From Roseibacillus sp. (GTDB lineage Bacteria; Verrucomicrobiota; Verrucomicrobiia; Verrucomicrobiales; Akkermansiaceae): DNA of 64,000 nucleotides. Position numbers and translations under genes: made by a program. Positions 61,361 through 64,000 of this stretch are shown piece by piece (position 1 is the first letter of the stretch; each line of letters opens with the position of its first letter). The DNA lies in contig JBPOGI010000001.1 in assembly GCA_051251855.1 (NCBI GenBank), positions 608,001 through 672,000 of the forward strand, read 5' to 3'. The notes under the pieces are model-generated. The model searched no databases and was not told the DNA's origin. It worked only from the letters and a program-made list of their open reading frames with translations.

Positions 61361-64000
61361 CTATTTACGGCGCTTGGCGCGGTCGAAGCGGGAGGTGCGT
61401 TGGGTGGGGGCTCCGGTGGTGGGTGGGCCGCTTCCTGAAGGAGGGAGGTTTGATTCGGGAGGAGGAGATTGGGCTGAAGAAGGGGTGTCGTTGGCTGGAG
61501 TTTGGGTGGGGACGAGCGTTTTGACCGCATTCTTTTTATTAGAGGCTTTGCCTTGTGGAAAAGCGGGAAGGACGAAGCTGGGGAGGGTCCAGCCCATACG
61601 GGAAACGAGGGCGTCTAACAGGATGAGAAGAAGGGCGGTGATGACGAGGGGGAGGCGGAGGTCGCTGGAGTAGTTGGCGGGAGGGCGGAGCCAGGCTTTG
61701 GAGAGGTCGATAAGTTCGCGGCCTCCCGTTGCTGCTGAGGCGGCGCGGAGTTCGGCGAGGCGCTCGGGTTCGAAGGTCCACTCGGTGGAGGAGCCGACGG
61801 CAATGGGGCCGAATGGGAGCGCGTTGCGGCCAGCTTGGATGGAGCCGCGGATGACGGAGCCTTCTTCGAGTTCGCGAGTGAGGGTGAAGTGGCCGGGGGC
61901 GAGGCGCTTCCAGGTGACTTCGTAGGGTTCGCCGCCGGCGGTGCCGTCGAGCATCTTGATGGTGGGCGGGTTTTGGGAGAAGGGTGCGGTCCATTCTTCC
62001 AAGTCGTAGAGGAGGTCGAGAGTGAGAGTGGTCCCTTCGAGGCGATGGCGCATGCCGAGTCCGGGAGGGATGGCGTCGCCAGCGATCCAGTTACCGACGG
62101 ATTGGAGGAAGTTGCCGTAGCCCTCCCAGTTGCGAGTGCGCTGGGAGAATTCGCCGCCGAGAGGGAAGGAGATGGCAAGAGTGCGGCCAAGTCCGCGACG
62201 AGCGTGTGCCACGAGGGGAGCGAGGTATTCGTCTTGGGCGACGAGTGAGGTGGTGGCATCGGGGCGCGCGTAGGAGAGATTGTAGCCGTCTACGGCGGGG
62301 AGCCAGTCGAGTTGGCGCTGGAAGATTTCAGCACCGCGTCCGGTGGGTTGGGTTTTGATGGGGTCGGTGAGAAAAGCGGAGCGAGCGATGGTGACGGTTT
62401 CTTGAGCGAAGAGCTTGGGGATGGAGAGAGGGCGGTCGGTGAAGAACATGCGTCCGTTGCCAAGTTTGGCGATGTCTTCTAACAGGGCTGCGTCGGAGTC
62501 GGTTTTGGTGCCAAGGCCAATGACGGAGACGGTGGCGTCGGCGGCTTCCATTTCCTTGAGGAGTTTTTTGTAGGCTCCGGGTTCTTCGGTGTCGGCAGCG
62601 TCGGAAAAGAGGATGACGTGTTTGGTGCCGACCTTTGATTTTTTGAGTTGGTCCCAAGCAGCCTTGAGCCCGCGGTAGACGAAGATGCCGCCACCTTGCG
62701 ATTGCATGCGCATGGCTTTGTTAGTGAGCTCCTTTTTCTTGTTCCCTATTTTGGTGAGTTTGACGATGTCGTGAGGCTCGGAGTCGACGGCGAGGATGGC
62801 GACTTCGTCCATGGCGCCGAGCAGTTTGATGGCTTCGGCAGTGCCGTTGTTGGCGAGCTGCATCTTGGTTACGGGCTTGCCGCCGTTGTTGACGGTCATG
62901 CCCATGGAGCCAGAACGGTCGATGACGATGGCAAGGGCAACAGAGAGTTTGCGGTGCTCGTTTTTGAGCTCCATGGAAATGGGGAGGAGTTCGTCAACGG
63001 CTGATTGATAGTAGCCACCGGAACCGAAAGACTGTTTGCCGCCAGCCATAAGGAAGCCGCCGCCTTGCTCCTTGACGTAAAAGGGAAGAGCGTCGAGGAA
63101 GTCGCCGGGGATTTCAAAGGCGGGGACGTTGTTGAAGATAACGGCTTTGGCTCCAGCGAGTTGTCCGACACGCAGTTTGGTGGAGTCGCGAACGACTTCG
63201 AGAGTGTAGCTCTGGTTGGCGAGGACTTTCTCGAGAGGGTCGGGATTGTATTTGGTTACGAGGAGGACCCGTGGGCCGCCGGTTATTTGAATCCAGCGTT
63301 CGGTGACGTTATTGCCGGGATGGGCGTCTTCGATAGAGGGCTCAGCGGCGGAGGGGACGATTTCAGCGCGGTATTGGTAGGAGCCAGTCTTGGCGAGGCG
63401 GTCGGTGAACTCGGTTTTGGCAACGCCATTGATGAGAGTGACGTTGGTTTCGCTCAGGAGAGAGTCGTTGCGGTAGATTTTGAGAGGAACGGCTTTGTCT
63501 TCTGCGCCACGGACGGTGATGCCGATGACAAAAGGTTCGCCGGTTTGCGCACGGGGTGGGGTGGTGAAGCGGGTGATGGAGTAGTCGTCGGCGGTCTCGT
63601 CGCGGACGAGGCGGAAGTCGAGGGGGATGCCTTGGGCCTTGAGTTTTGCGGTGGCGGAGGAGAGGGATTCGGTAGCGAAGCCGTCGGAGAAGACCAGGAC
63701 GCGAGAGGGGCGGTCTTTTTCGGAGAGGGCGAGGGCGTTTTGGATAGCGAGTCCAGTGCGAGTGAGTTTGCGGGAGCCGGTGTAAAGGGCGCGGTCGTTC
63801 TGCTCTTGCTCGATGACTTCGGAGGCGTAGTCGAGATAGCGGAGGCGGTCTTTGCGAGTGGGTTTGGAGTTTTCGAGGAGTTCTTTCCATTCGGGCAAGC
63901 CTTTGTCGACGAGATCTTCGGTGGAGTCTGAGCGATCGAGGAGGACCCAAAGGTCGAGGGCTTTTTGCTGTTTGGAGATGCGGGGATCGGCGAGGAGGAT
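61361..64000 (-). CDS. VWA-domain membrane protein with Ig-like and glutamine-amidotransferase-like domains (5' end beyond the window)
   Basis: Frame open to 64000 (DLWVLLDRSDS); VFSDG; GGFLMAGGKQSFGSGGY; IVIDRSGSM MIDAS motif; HVILFSD; C-terminal TM. Confidence 0.9.
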   Translation of the reverse strand: MLLADPRISKQQKALDLWVLLDRSDSTEDLVDKGLPEWKELLENSKPTRKDRLRYLDYASEVIEQEQNDRALYTGSRKLTRTGLAIQNALALSEKDRPSRVLVFSDGFATESLSSATAKLKAQGIPLDFRLVRDETADDYSITRFTTPPRAQTGEPFVIGITVRGAEDKAVPLKIYRNDSLLSETNVTLINGVAKTEFTDRLAKTGSYQYRAEIVPSAAEPSIEDAHPGNNVTERWIQITGGPRVLLVTKYNPDPLEKVLANQSYTLEVVRDSTKLRVGQLAGAKAVIFNNVPAFEIPGDFLDALPFYVKEQGGGFLMAGGKQSFGSGGYYQSAVDELLPISMELKNEHRKLSVALAIVIDRSGSMGMTVNNGGKPVTKMQLANNGTAEAIKLLGAMDEVAILAVDSEPHDIVKLTKIGNKKKELTNKAMRMQSQGGGIFVYRGLKAAWDQLKKSKVGTKHVILFSDAADTEEPGAYKKLLKEMEAADATVSVIGLGTKTDSDAALLEDIAKLGNGRMFFTDRPLSIPKLFAQETVTIARSAFLTDPIKTQPTGRGAEIFQRQLDWLPAVDGYNLSYARPDATTSLVAQDEYLAPLVAHARRGLGRTLAISFPLGGEFSQRTRNWEGYGNFLQSVGNWIAGDAIPPGLGMRHRLEGTTLTLDLLYDLEEWTAPFSQNPPTIKMLDGTAGGEPYEVTWKRLAPGHFTLTRELEEGSVIRGSIQAGRNALPFGPIAVGSSTEWTFEPERLAELRAASAATGGRELIDLSKAWLRPPANYSSDLRLPLVITALLLILLDALVSRMGWTLPSFVLPAFPQGKASNKKNAVKTLVPTQTPANDTPSSAQSPPPESNLPPSGSGPPTTGAPTQRTSRFDRAKRRK

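Noticed and set aside
61539..63950. Alternative-frame ORFs (for example 308 aa on +) over the VWA gene
   Set aside because: Shadow ORFs with skew-driven composition
1..64000. CRISPR array, rRNA, tRNA, prophage or integrase
   Set aside because: No regularly spaced direct repeats, RNA gene signatures, or phage or recombinase ORFs were seen by eye

Overview
Bacterial chromosomal window. Gene content and style (SHD1 and DUF1080 proteins, giant secreted proteins ending in D-x-D/N-G...S-S-D-L...LR, several REP-like palindromes) suggest Verrucomicrobiota; this is inferred, not proven. Housekeeping genes (dnaB, cdaA, bioD, rplS, panD, secG, priA, purB, an M32 carboxypeptidase, a TetR-regulated RND efflux operon) are mixed with accessory loci for secreted proteins. 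The standout is a translationally coupled two-gene operon at 20340-30241. It encodes an MbnP-MbnH fusion (WxW copper-binding domain plus di-heme enzyme) and a 2731-aa secreted protein. That protein joins an apparently intact galactose-oxidase-type copper radical oxidase to its own beta-propeller/di-heme cytochrome c module and many glycan-binding domains, so it is a candidate self-activating, dedicated-copper-loaded surface oxidase system. Other points: a 2971-aa glycine-rich exoprotein sharing the same C-terminal motif, a NucA-type nuclease with two lamin-tail domains paired with a helical-repeat membrane protein, a deletion scar joining ferredoxin and LysR remnants, a 268-bp MITE with a TAA duplication, a GTAG REP doublet, a mini-CdaR and a pseudokinase. 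I found no rRNA, tRNA or CRISPR array. All family calls come from motif recognition by eye, and no database search was run.
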